NCBI GenBank assembly: GCA_963723995.1
Contig: CAVRSZ010000001.1
Span: forward strand, 118,114 to 182,113
DNA: 64,000 nt
Direction of reading: 5' to 3'
DNA from: an uncultured Acidimicrobiales bacterium
GTDB taxonomy: Bacteria; Actinomycetota; Acidimicrobiia; Acidimicrobiales; SZUA-35
Program-made: the position numbers and the translations under genes
The notes under the pieces: generated by a model
The model's input: the letters and a program-made list of their open reading frames with translations, nothing else
The model's database searches: none
Told to the model about the DNA's origin: nothing
Part shown: piece after piece, positions 18,721-27,121 of the stretch
How positions within the stretch are numbered: the stretch's first letter is position 1
How the letters are laid out: the number at the start of each line of letters is the position of its first letter

Positions 18721-18915
18721 ATGCGGAGTACAAGTGTGAGGATTGACGTTGGGACCCATCGGGAGCTCAAGCGGCTCGCTGCTTCATTGGGCGTGAGCGT
18801 AGGTGACACTGTTGCTCTCGCAGTCCGCCGTCTTCGCCAGGATCGCATCGGGGCTGACCTTGCTCACGACCTGACTGCCGAAGAGGTTGATTGGCTCGAT
18901 GCTGACCTCGGGTGA
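18721..18915 (+). CDS. RHH antitoxin (MazE-like)
   Basis: SVRIDVGTHRELKRLAASLGVSVGDTVALAVRRL. Overlaps the downstream mazF start. Confidence 0.65.
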   Translation: MRSTSVRIDVGTHRELKRLAASLGVSVGDTVALAVRRLRQDRIGADLAHDLTAEEVDWLDADLG

Positions 18916-19243
18916 TGTCGTCGACTTGGATTTTGGTGTTCCAGCGGGCAGAGAAGCGGGGTTTCGTCATCCTGCGATCGTGGTGACGGCGCAGCGAGTT
19001 TTGGACGCAGAACCGAGTGTTGTGCAGGTTGTGCCGCTCACTTCGACGCTTCGGGGATTCGCCTCCGAGGTCGAGATCGATGTCGACGATATGAATGGTC
19101 TCGAGCAGGCATCGGCTGCTCAGTGCCAACACATTCGGGCGGTGGCGGCCGGGCGGATCGAACGGACGAGGGGCAACGTTGGGTCGGCCGTGTTGGTGGA
19201 GGTTCGGGAGTTGCTCGGCCTAATTCTCGATGTGGCGGGGTGA
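18899..19243 (+). CDS. mazF: MazF/PemK family toxin
   Basis: GDVVDLDFGVPAGREAGFRHPAIVVTAQ...VVQVVPLTSTLRGFASEVEI...RIERTRGNVG..LLGLILDV. Confidence 0.8.
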   Translation: MLTSGDVVDLDFGVPAGREAGFRHPAIVVTAQRVLDAEPSVVQVVPLTSTLRGFASEVEIDVDDMNGLEQASAAQCQHIRAVAAGRIERTRGNVGSAVLVEVRELLGLILDVAG

Positions 19244-19913
19244 GGCCGGCGGTGTCATGCTGCAAATGGTTTGCGAACGGTATCTGGCGGCCGAGGGCGT
19301 TAGGGGGCGGCTGGACGATCGCTCGAGTGCATTGGTTGCTCGATAATTCGACATTGCGGAACGCATCCCATGCCTCGATCTCGACCTTGGCCGCCTCGGG
19401 AAGCAGGTCGGCGCACGCCTCCTCGGCGGCGTGCCAAGCCGCATCCAGCTCCATCCACTCCCCATCGGTCAGCTCGACGTCACGGCCACCGTCGAACATC
19501 TCGTCGAGTTCGGCCTGCCCGATGTCGACCTCGACATCGGGCTCGGTCCACAGGTCGCCGAGCTGGTCGGCCATGCACACCTCGAAGGCGCCGACGTGGT
19601 CGGCAGGCTTGCCGTCCGAGCTCTCGCCGATGTCCGCGTCCCCGGTTGCGTCCACCGGGCGGGGAGTGGCGTAGGCCGGGTTGTCCTGGGCGCCTGCGAT
19701 GGCGCGGACGCCGGTCACCGCTGCCGGTAGCGTCACCATGCCGACCAGTGCGCCGATCAGCGCCGGGCGTCGACGCCGGGTCCGGATGTCGGGGGTATCG
19801 ATGGGTTCCTCGTCCTCATCACTGGTTGTGGTTGGGGGACGGTCCGATGGTGCCTGACCGTTGCTGAGACCGACCTGAGAACCTGAGAACGCTCTCAGCT
19901 GGTTTGACGGCAA
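19038..19913 (-). CDS. hypothetical acidic protein with twin-arginine-like signal; 3' end uncertain
   Basis: TRRRRPALIGALVGMVTLPAAVTGVRAIAGAQD, followed by a D/E-rich region. The last ~200 nt of the ORF run antisense through mazF and look non-genic. Confidence 0.4.
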   Translation of the reverse strand: MPSNQLRAFSGSQVGLSNGQAPSDRPPTTTSDEDEEPIDTPDIRTRRRRPALIGALVGMVTLPAAVTGVRAIAGAQDNPAYATPRPVDATGDADIGESSDGKPADHVGAFEVCMADQLGDLWTEPDVEVDIGQAELDEMFDGGRDVELTDGEWMELDAAWHAAEEACADLLPEAAKVEIEAWDAFRNVELSSNQCTRAIVQPPPNALGRQIPFANHLQHDTAGLTPPHRELGRATPEPPPTRPTQRCPSSVRSARPPPPECVGTEQPMPARDHSYRRHRSRPRRRIPEASK

Positions 19914-19931
19914 GCAGGCACACTCGAAGTC

Positions 19932-19991
19932 ATGCGCATCCTTGTGGTCGACGACGAGGAACGCCTAGCCCGGTCGATCGCGCGGGGCCTA
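19932..19991 (+). pseudogene. 20-codon stub of an OmpR-type response-regulator receiver domain
   Basis: ATG at 19932 gives MRILVVDDEERLARSIARGL, a canonical receiver N-terminus. It then switches abruptly to dehalogenase-like sequence in another frame. Confidence 0.5.
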
Positions 19992-20440
19992 TCACCTTCT
20001 TCGGCCAGGACTGGGGTGGTCTCATCGGCCTGCGGCTGGTCACCGCCCAACCGGACCGGTTCGCTCAGGTTGCGGTAGGCAACACCGGGCTGCCAGCTGG
20101 ATACGGACGGCCGTCGGAAGCTTTCCTGCGGTGGCAGCAGTTCTCCCAGACAAGCCCGGTGTTCCCGGTCGGCGACATCATCAACGGGGCCACCACCAGC
20201 GACTTGGCCCCCGAGGTGATCGCGGCCTACGACGCCCCCTTCGCTGATGATCGAGGTGACCCGGAGCCGCCGTCTCGAACCCGAGACAAGCCAGGTTTGC
20301 GCCGCTCGGCCGGCCGACCCCGGGGTCGGGGGGAGCTCCAACGAGTGGCGGGCCGTTGTGCCCACCGCACTGCGGGGCTGGCTGGACAACTCCACATCGA
20401 GACCGTGGCTCGCCGGCACCGAGCCACCTTCGCACGACCT
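19984..20440 (+). pseudogene. internal fragment of a haloalkane-dehalogenase-type alpha/beta hydrolase, frameshifted
   Basis: PITFFGQDWGGLIGLRLVTAQPDRFAQVAVGNTGLPAG...AFLRWQQFSQTSPVFPVGDIINGATTSDLAPEVIAAYDAPF. The N-terminus is missing and the continuation (..NEWRAV..LRGW..) is in another frame. Confidence 0.6.
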
Positions 20441-20445
20441 CGACT

Positions 20446-20775
20446 TCAGCCCGCAAGGCCGAAGAACACGAGGATCGCTCGGCCGAGTCTGACAAGTTCA
20501 TCGTCACCAAGCCTGCCGATGCGCTCGCCAAGCTTGGAGCGGGGCACGGTCGTGATCCTGTCGACCATGAGGCTGCAGGGCTCTTGTAGTCCGTTCACCT
20601 CGTCGGGCTTGATCCGGAGCCGGAACAGCGGTGCATCGGTGGGGTCGGTCGTAAAGGCGCAGATCGTCACCGAGTCTGTTGCGTCGAAACGATCGTCCTG
20701 GACGATTGCAACGGGCCCTGGCTTCCCGGCGTACCCGGTGCCGGCCGCCGCGGTCCAGATCTCGCCGCGCCTCAA
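20446..20775 (-). CDS. mazF: MazF/PemK family toxin
   Basis: MRRGEIWTAAAGTGYAGKPGPVAIVQDDRFDATDSVTICAFTT...MVDRITTVPRSKLGERIGRL. Confidence 0.85.
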   Translation of the reverse strand: MRRGEIWTAAAGTGYAGKPGPVAIVQDDRFDATDSVTICAFTTDPTDAPLFRLRIKPDEVNGLQEPCSLMVDRITTVPRSKLGERIGRLGDDELVRLGRAILVFFGLAG

Positions 20776-20993
20776 TCGTCGTCCAGGCTGACTGCGTCGA
20801 TGAACGCCTGGTCGTCAGCTGCATGCTTGCTTGCAGCAACCGCTGCAGACTGGCGGTGGGCCTCGCTCTCGAACTCCGGTGACCGCACGTCCGGTACCCA
20901 AATCTGCACCGGACGAAGGCCCTGTGCACGAAGGCGACGGCGGTGCTCGCGCACTCGCTTCTTGACCCCGGCGTCATCCTGCGGAGCAGCCAT
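20772..20993 (-). CDS. antitoxin (DUF3018/MazE-like)
   Basis: KKRVREHRRRLRAQGLRPVQIWVPDVRSPEF..EAHRQS. Has a 4-nt overlap with the toxin. Confidence 0.65.
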   Translation of the reverse strand: MAAPQDDAGVKKRVREHRRRLRAQGLRPVQIWVPDVRSPEFESEAHRQSAAVAASKHAADDQAFIDAVSLDDD

Positions 20994-21206
20994 ACTCCCA
21001 TGTTACATGTAACGAATGGCCAGTCAACTCCCTCGCCCCAATCGGCCGTGACTAGGTGATCGGCCGCTCGCCCCTTCGACACCCGAGTTGAACCCTGTGA
21101 GATGTCGATCATCCAAGGCGTCCACCGGCGCATGGGTCTGTGTGGATTGCGAGCGGCCAGGACGTGTTCACCGATCGGCGGTGGGACCGGGGGTGCCCCT
21201 GCAGGC

Positions 21207-22428
21207 TCAGATGCCGGCGTCGGGGCGGGTCTGGCCGAGCTCGAACAGTTGCTGATGGTAGCTGACGTTGGCCGGGTCCTCGGGATCCTTGGTCTTGCCT
21301 GGCAGGAGCGAGGCGAACAGGCCCATCTCAGTGGTCAAGATGTAGGCGGTGACCACGGCGACTGCCGCCGGCGCAGCGGTGATCGGTCCAACGCTGACGG
21401 TGAGAACGGCGAGGAGGGCTATCGAGAACGGGGCCTTGATCGACGCCCCCGGTACGGCGACAAGAAGGCACGACAGGGTCAACGCGATCGGCAGGTCCGG
21501 GATGATGACGTGGGTGGCGACACCGGCAGCGCCGCCGATGACGAGCGTCGGCATGACCGGCCCCCCCGATGAAGCCGGTGGCCAGGCTCGTCGCCATCGC
21601 CACGATCTTTGCCAACACAATCCCGACGAGCACCAACGCCCCCAGCTCGTCGGCCTGGTTGATCATGTCCGGCAGCTGCGCCTTGCCCGACCCCAGTGTC
21701 AGCGGGAAGAACACGGCGATGAGCCCGACGGCGAGACCCCCGACCCCGGCACGCACGACGGTGTTCGGGATCCGCGTAAACCAGGTTCGCAAGACGAAAA
21801 CCGTCGCGCCCAGCAGCCGAGACAGGAACGCGCCCACCACACCAAGCAGCACGGCGACACCGAAGTGCCAGTACTCGATCTCGTAAGACGGCACGGCGAA
21901 GACATCGACGAAGGTGGCGCCGACAAACGTGAACACCACAAAGAAACCAAAGACCGACGCCACCAGACTGGGCGCCACCGTTCGGTAGTAGCGCTCATGG
22001 CGCTCCGGTGGGTTCAGCTCAGTCACCAACAGCGTGGCCAGGACCGGCGACGTGAGCAGGCCGCCGATCGCCCCGTTGATGCCGACCAGCGTGTTGAGCT
22101 TGCGCGTCTCGCCCTCGGCGCCGACCCGGTCCGAGAACCACTCGCCGACCGCGCCACCGGAGCGGACCCCGGCATCGAAGGGCCCCAGGCTTGCGCCGCC
22201 GACGAGAGAGACCCACGAGACGAGGATCATCGGTATAGCCGAGCGTTGATCGACGTGGCGGACGGCGATGCTCTCGAGCGCGCCGTTCGGCTCGATGGGC
22301 ACCTGCAGCCAGCGCCGCAGCAGCCCAACGAGAAGACCTGCTCCGACGGTGAGGGCAATCCATCGTCGAAGAATCCGGGAGGTTCTCGGTGGACGGCCAC
22401 CTAGCGGTCGATATCGGGCGCCGCGCAT
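21207..22428 (-). pseudogene. ClC-type chloride/fluoride channel gene with +1 frameshift in a G7 run
   Basis: The 21328-22428 frame carries ClC TM sequence up to ..ATGFIGG. Removing one G of the coding-strand G7 (plus-strand C7 at 21561-21567) joins it to ..PVMPTLVIGGAAGVATHV... in frame 21207-21620, restoring a GxFxP-like motif. Confidence 0.75.
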
Positions 22429-22499
22429 GGGTGGCCACGTGCGGTCGTGCTACTGCCACTGCCGGCGACGGGCGCCCTGCGGTGTGGTAGAACCGCACG

Positions 22500-23300
22500 A
22501 TGCCGACGTTTGCGGGTTCTGAGGGAGTGGTTCACTACGAGCGCTGGATCCCTGACGAGCCGCCAGTGCGAATCGTCATCATCGTGCACGGCTACGCCGA
22601 ATACGCCGCCCGCTACAGACACCTGGCCGAGGCGCTCACCGCTCACGGCTCGATCGTGTACGGCGAGGACCACCCCGGTCACGGACGCAGTGACGGGGAA
22701 CGAGCACTCATTGTCGACTTCGAACACGTGGTCGACGACCTCCGCGCACTGGTCGACATCGCCGTCGGCGAGCACCCCCGACTGCCGGTGGTGATGATCG
22801 GACACTCGATGGGTGGCCTACTCGCCGCCCGGTTTGCGCAGCGCTATACCGAACAGCTGGCGGGAATCGTGTTCTTGGGCGCAGTCATCGGTGATTGGCA
22901 TTGGGCCCGGGAGGTGCTGGAACGGCCGGAGCTGCCCCCGACGGCGTCCGATTTCTCCGGCATGTCCCGAGACGAGGCGGCCGTCGACGCCTACACAACC
23001 GATCCGCTCATCTACCACGGTCCCTACAAACGGCCTCTGCTCGAGGCGGAGGTTGTGGCACTCGATCGTTTTCAGGCTCACGTCGGCGCGTTGACGCTGC
23101 CGGTACTGTTCTGCCATGGGACCGAGGACCCCTTCGTCGACTATCGCACCTCACTGGCAGCAGTCGAGTTGATGCCCAGTGAGGACAAGACGATCAGGCT
23201 CTACGACGGAGCCCGCCACGAGCTCGTGAACGAGACCAACCGTGACGAAGTGATCGCCGACATCGTGGACTTCGTCGAGCCTCGTTCCTTCCTGAGATAG
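22500..23300 (+). CDS. alpha/beta hydrolase (lysophospholipase / monoacylglycerol-lipase-like)
   Basis: VIIVHGYAEYAARYRHLAEAL...VVMIGHSMGGLLAARFA...CHGTEDPFVD...ARHEL. Confidence 0.85.
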   Translation: MPTFAGSEGVVHYERWIPDEPPVRIVIIVHGYAEYAARYRHLAEALTAHGSIVYGEDHPGHGRSDGERALIVDFEHVVDDLRALVDIAVGEHPRLPVVMIGHSMGGLLAARFAQRYTEQLAGIVFLGAVIGDWHWAREVLERPELPPTASDFSGMSRDEAAVDAYTTDPLIYHGPYKRPLLEAEVVALDRFQAHVGALTLPVLFCHGTEDPFVDYRTSLAAVELMPSEDKTIRLYDGARHELVNETNRDEVIADIVDFVEPRSFLR

Positions 23301-23301
23301 C

Positions 23302-23345
23302 TTCCATGGAATATAACGAAACGGGTTAGAATAGATTCCATGGAA
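23302..23345. promoter_or_regulatory. two copies of the palindrome TTCCATGGAA (MarR box candidates)
   Basis: Copies at 23302-23311 and 23336-23345, centres 34 bp apart. The second covers the MarR ATG at 23340. Confidence 0.5.
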
Positions 23346-23819
23346 TTCAAAAGGAACGCGTGCGGGACTCCGCCGGTCGACCTGGCCGTTCTGTTCAGCG
23401 ACCTGGTCCGGATGGAAACCGACCTGTGGCATCTCATCGACCAGCGGCTGCGCCGGGAACACGAGGTCCCGCTGTCGTGGTTCGAGCCGATGCAGGTCAT
23501 GGACCGCGTCCGCGACTGTCGAGTTGCCGACATCGCCGAGGCGTTGTCGATCACGGTGGGCGGCGCGAGCAAGCTGGTCGATCGCATCGAGCACGCTGGC
23601 TGGTGCGGCCGTTCGCCGAACCCGAACGACGCTCGATCGTCTGTGGTCACCCTGACCCAAGCCGGGCGTCGCGTGCTCGACGCTGCGCAGGGCTCGTTCT
23701 GCGACGAACTGGCTGCCCGGCTCGCAGGGGCGGTCTGCGCCGAGCGGCTCGCCTCGTTCGCGACAACCGTGCAAGACCTGCGACACCACATCGCAAACCG
23801 GCAAGAGAGTGCAACATGA
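23340..23819 (+). CDS. MarR family transcriptional regulator
   Basis: Winged-helix segment RVADIAEALSITVGGASKLVDRIEHAGWCGRSPNPNDARSSVVTLTQAGRRVL. Confidence 0.85.
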   Translation: MEFKRNACGTPPVDLAVLFSDLVRMETDLWHLIDQRLRREHEVPLSWFEPMQVMDRVRDCRVADIAEALSITVGGASKLVDRIEHAGWCGRSPNPNDARSSVVTLTQAGRRVLDAAQGSFCDELAARLAGAVCAERLASFATTVQDLRHHIANRQESAT

Positions 23820-24805
23820 GCAAGACTTCAGCTTCGATGCGGGCCGCCGTGCTCGACGCACCCGGCCCGCCCGAAGCATTGCAGATCCGTGAGGTGCCCA
23901 TGCCGGTGCCTGGGCCCGGTCAGGTGCTGATCAAGGTCGAGGCATTCGGGCTCAACCGGTCGGAGCTCCACACTCGGCTCGGCCTTGCCGACGGGGTCAC
24001 GTTCCCTCGGGTGCTCGGCATCGAAGCGACAGGAGTCGTGGCCGAGTGTCCAGGCGGCGAGCTCGCCCCCGGCACACAGGTCGCGGCGTTGATGGGCGGC
24101 ATGGGGCGGACGTTCGACGGCGGGTATGCCGAGTTCACTTGTGTGCCGGTCCAACAAACGGTTCCGTTCACGAGCGATCTCGATTGGGCCACGCTCGGTG
24201 CTGTACCGGAGATGCTGCAGACCTCCTATGGGTCGCTCACCGTCGGCCTCGACGCCCAACCGGGCCAGTCGATCCTCATCCGCGGCGGTACCTCCTCGGT
24301 CGGTATGGCGACCGCCGTGCTCGCCCGGCGGCTCGGTATGACCGTTCTGTCCACCACACGCAACCCCGACCGTGCCGACGTGCTGCGGGAGATCGGCGTG
24401 CAGCACCCGTTGGTGGACGACGCTAACGTCGCCGCCCAGGTCCGTGACCGCATCCCCGACGGCGTCGACACCGCTCTCGAGCTCGTTGGCACCCCTACGC
24501 TGCCCGACACACTCCGAGCGACACGGGTGCACGGAGTCGTCTGCTTCACCGGCATGCTGTCGAACCAATGGACCGTGCCGGACTTCTACCCAATCGAGTA
24601 CCTGCCCCGGGGCGTTCGCCTCACCGCCTACGGAGGCGACGCCAGCGACCTGCCGTCCGGCGTGCTGCAGGAGTTCCTCGACGCGGTCGCTGCCGGCGAA
24701 GCCCAGGTGCCGATTCACAGGACATACCGCCTCGACGAGATCGCCGAGGCCCACGCAGACATGGAAGCCGACCGCGCCACCGGGAAACTCGTCGTACAGC
24801 CGTGA
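23816..24805 (+). CDS. zinc-type alcohol dehydrogenase / quinone oxidoreductase (MDR family)
   Basis: The ATG overlaps the MarR stop (ATGA). MRAAVLDAPGPPEALQIREVPMPVPGPGQVLIKVEAFGLNRSE...ILIRGGTSSVGMA...ATGKLVV. Confidence 0.85.
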   Translation: MSKTSASMRAAVLDAPGPPEALQIREVPMPVPGPGQVLIKVEAFGLNRSELHTRLGLADGVTFPRVLGIEATGVVAECPGGELAPGTQVAALMGGMGRTFDGGYAEFTCVPVQQTVPFTSDLDWATLGAVPEMLQTSYGSLTVGLDAQPGQSILIRGGTSSVGMATAVLARRLGMTVLSTTRNPDRADVLREIGVQHPLVDDANVAAQVRDRIPDGVDTALELVGTPTLPDTLRATRVHGVVCFTGMLSNQWTVPDFYPIEYLPRGVRLTAYGGDASDLPSGVLQEFLDAVAAGEAQVPIHRTYRLDEIAEAHADMEADRATGKLVVQP

Positions 24806-25186
24806 TCAATCCCCACCGAATGAGCCTTGCATGAGCGCCGACGGCGCTCGTGGCGCCCGACTTCGAAGGGCAGCCGTTCTCGATCGGCCGAGTTTCGCAT
24901 TCCGCCTAAGTTGAGAGTGTGCTCCCTCCGGGTTAAAGGTCTGGTGCTGTTGGCCGGCGGCACCGGGCACTCGATCGATGAACTCCTGGCCGAGATGGCC
25001 GCCACTTGGTAGCCGGGCACCACAGGTCGGGCGCAGGTTGCTGTGGGCGAGTTCGAGGGCGGCCCAAGTACGGGATTTCGAAGAAGATCGAGACGTTGGA
25101 CCCTGGTGGCGGCGACACGGATATGGCAGAAAGAAGGTGGAGACAGCCGACTTCCCGGTCGGTGACCCGGCGAAGTCGGTGACCTA

Positions 25187-26119
25187 GTGAAAAAGGTGGT
25201 TCCGGTGACGCGAAGAACCAAGGTGATTGGGTTCGGAACCGGGCTGGTGGTGGTGGGGCTGGTCCTCGTCTACAACTTCGGTCTCACATCGTTGGGGCAT
25301 TCTCCCGTTTTGCGCGAGTACAACTTGACCGATCCGTTGACGATCGAGGTGTCGTCCCGCGCCGTGGTCACTGACGACGTCGAGCTGCTGCGCTGGAACA
25401 CCATGCCCGAGTTCGTCTCGCTGCCCGATGATGTGCGGGTGGAGGGTGTTGCGGCGGGGTCCGAAACGCTGTTCATGGGCATCGCTCCTGCCGATGCGGT
25501 TGCCGGGTACCTCGACGGCGTCGCCCACGATGAGATCACCGACTGGGAATCCCGCGCCGACGACATCACCGATGTGGTGTACACCAGGAACGAGGGCGCC
25601 ACCGATCCCGCCGCTCCAGGGACCGAGGATTTCTGGGTGGCGTCGGTGAGCGGCAGTGGTGAACAGGCCCTCGAGTGGACGATCGAGGGCGGGGAGTGGG
25701 CCCTGGTGATCATGAACGCCGACGGCTCGCCCGGGGTTTCGGCCGATGTCCGGTTTGGGGTTCCGACGCTCTCCATTCTCTTCCCTATCGGCTTGGCCTC
25801 GTTGGTCGTGGGGCTCGTGGCGCTGGTCGGCGGCGGCCGGCTGGTCACGTCCCTGCCGGCTCGGCCGGATGAGACCCCCCGCTGGACGTTGCGGGGGCGT
25901 TCGGTTCTGCCGACCACTGTTGCAGGAGGTGTCGCAGTCCTGTGCGCAGTGTTGGTCTTCATCCCGTTCACCAGCGGGGCGATGTTCGGCGCCCCGATCT
26001 TCTTGTTCCTCGCCGTACGCAAGGGTGATCGGGGCCTGTTGTTGGTGCTGCCCGTGCTCGTGTCGATCCTCCCGATCGGGCTCATCGCCATGCTTGTTTG
26101 GGCGATTCTCGGTGGGTAG
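25187..26119 (+). CDS. membrane-anchored hypothetical protein (N-terminal TM, ~170-aa extracytoplasmic domain, C-terminal multi-TM block)
   Basis: The hydrophobicity pattern is clear. Its 3' third is the part duplicated at 14252-14655. Confidence 0.65.
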   Translation: MKKVVPVTRRTKVIGFGTGLVVVGLVLVYNFGLTSLGHSPVLREYNLTDPLTIEVSSRAVVTDDVELLRWNTMPEFVSLPDDVRVEGVAAGSETLFMGIAPADAVAGYLDGVAHDEITDWESRADDITDVVYTRNEGATDPAAPGTEDFWVASVSGSGEQALEWTIEGGEWALVIMNADGSPGVSADVRFGVPTLSILFPIGLASLVVGLVALVGGGRLVTSLPARPDETPRWTLRGRSVLPTTVAGGVAVLCAVLVFIPFTSGAMFGAPIFLFLAVRKGDRGLLLVLPVLVSILPIGLIAMLVWAILGG

Positions 26120-26550
26120 AGGCGTACCGGGCACCCCATGGAGCCCGTCGGACCGGGGTGTCTGTCAGGCCCGGTACACGTTGACATTGTTGGCGTGATC
26201 GGCCAGTGCGCGTAGGTCCTTGAGGTCGCCGGTGAGCACAGCGCCACCGGGTTCAGCGAGTGCTACGACGGTAGGTTCACCAACATCGTCGATGAGTTCG
26301 GCCAGGTACCGGTCGGTCTCTTCAAGCAGAGCCTGATGTCGCAACTCAGCCCGCACGGCATCTTGGAGGAGTTCCGAGGGTGACAGCCCGCGTTCTTTGA
26401 CTGCGTCGTAGAGTTCGTCGGGGAGGTACACCTGCATCCGTGGCATACGTCTACTATACACACTCCGAGTGTCATCGAGGAGTTGTGGGGGGTGTGTCGG
26501 TCTGCTGACGGGCTGCTAACGGAAGCGCCAGGTAACCAGAATCGAGCGGC
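25713..26550. repeat. segmental duplication, copy B (838 bp, with 354-bp internal deletion relative to A)
   Basis: Direct-repeat partner of 14249-15439. The deletion junction is ..ctacgacg|gtaggttc.. at 26270/26271. Confidence 0.9.
26165..26461 (-). pseudogene. in-frame chimera: antitoxin N-terminus (64 aa) fused to VapC C-terminus (34 aa)
   Basis: MYSRRMPRMQVYLPDELYD...DDVGEPT|VVALAEPGGAVLTGDLKDLRALADHANNVNVYRA. The two halves match 15084-15350 and 14700-15080 respectively. Confidence 0.8.
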
Positions 26551-27121
26551 AGCCACCGGGGGAGCCGTCGCCGGAAACGCCATGAATCACAACGATCTGC
26601 CGCTCCTTGCCGAGTCGGAACCAGCGCCGGCGGGCTGTCCGGCCCGTTCCGCCGGAGGATTGCGCCGCGTCGTACTTCCGGACCGGGGTGGAGTACTGCC
26701 GCAAAGTGATCGAGTAGCCGAAGCCTCGGTAGGTGGGCGGAAAACCCCGCCCAGATCGCTCGGCGAGTCCGGGCGGGTGGCGATTCTTGTGAGACTCTGG
26801 GTAGTGGGCAGACAAGCCCATCCAACATGTGCCGAACCGGAGCCGGAGAGATGATGCCCCTGCAACGTAATGGACCTGAAGGCGGGCCGATCCTGCGGCT
26901 GTTCGAGGCCACGGCGAAGGCGGGCTGCGGCGCGCAGCTGATGGCGAAGTGCGCTACGACCTCGGAGTGGGTCCGGCACGTGGATCTGAGCGACGGTTGG
27001 CATGTGGAGGCGACGTGAACCAGGTATTCCTCCGCCTAGGCCGTGAAGCTGATGGGCGGATCGAACCGTGTACCCAGCCACGGGACCGGGCCGCACCGAG
27101 CCAACAACCCCTGGAGTCGTC

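Noticed and set aside
14249-21000. Chromosomal integron or cassette array as an explanation for the packed TA modules.
   Set aside because: There is no IntI-type integrase. I could not find recurrent attC-like imperfect inverted repeats (RYYYAAC...GTTRRRY) at the module boundaries. Many inter-module pieces are gene fragments rather than cassettes.
22429-22499. Fluoride riboswitch upstream of the ClC gene.
   Set aside because: The gap to the divergent hydrolase start is only 70 nt, and I see none of the recalled crcB-motif elements (such as ..GATGATGCCTAC..).
26516-26821. 101-aa minus-strand ORF (..GFPPTYRGFGYSITLRQYSTPVRKYDAAQ...WFRLGKERQIVVIHGV..) just beyond repeat copy B. I considered it as a possible RelE/ParE-like toxin or other small gene.
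   Set aside because: No convincing motif match from memory, no partner ORF, and it overlaps equally long ORFs in other frames. Left unannotated. A profile search could revisit it.
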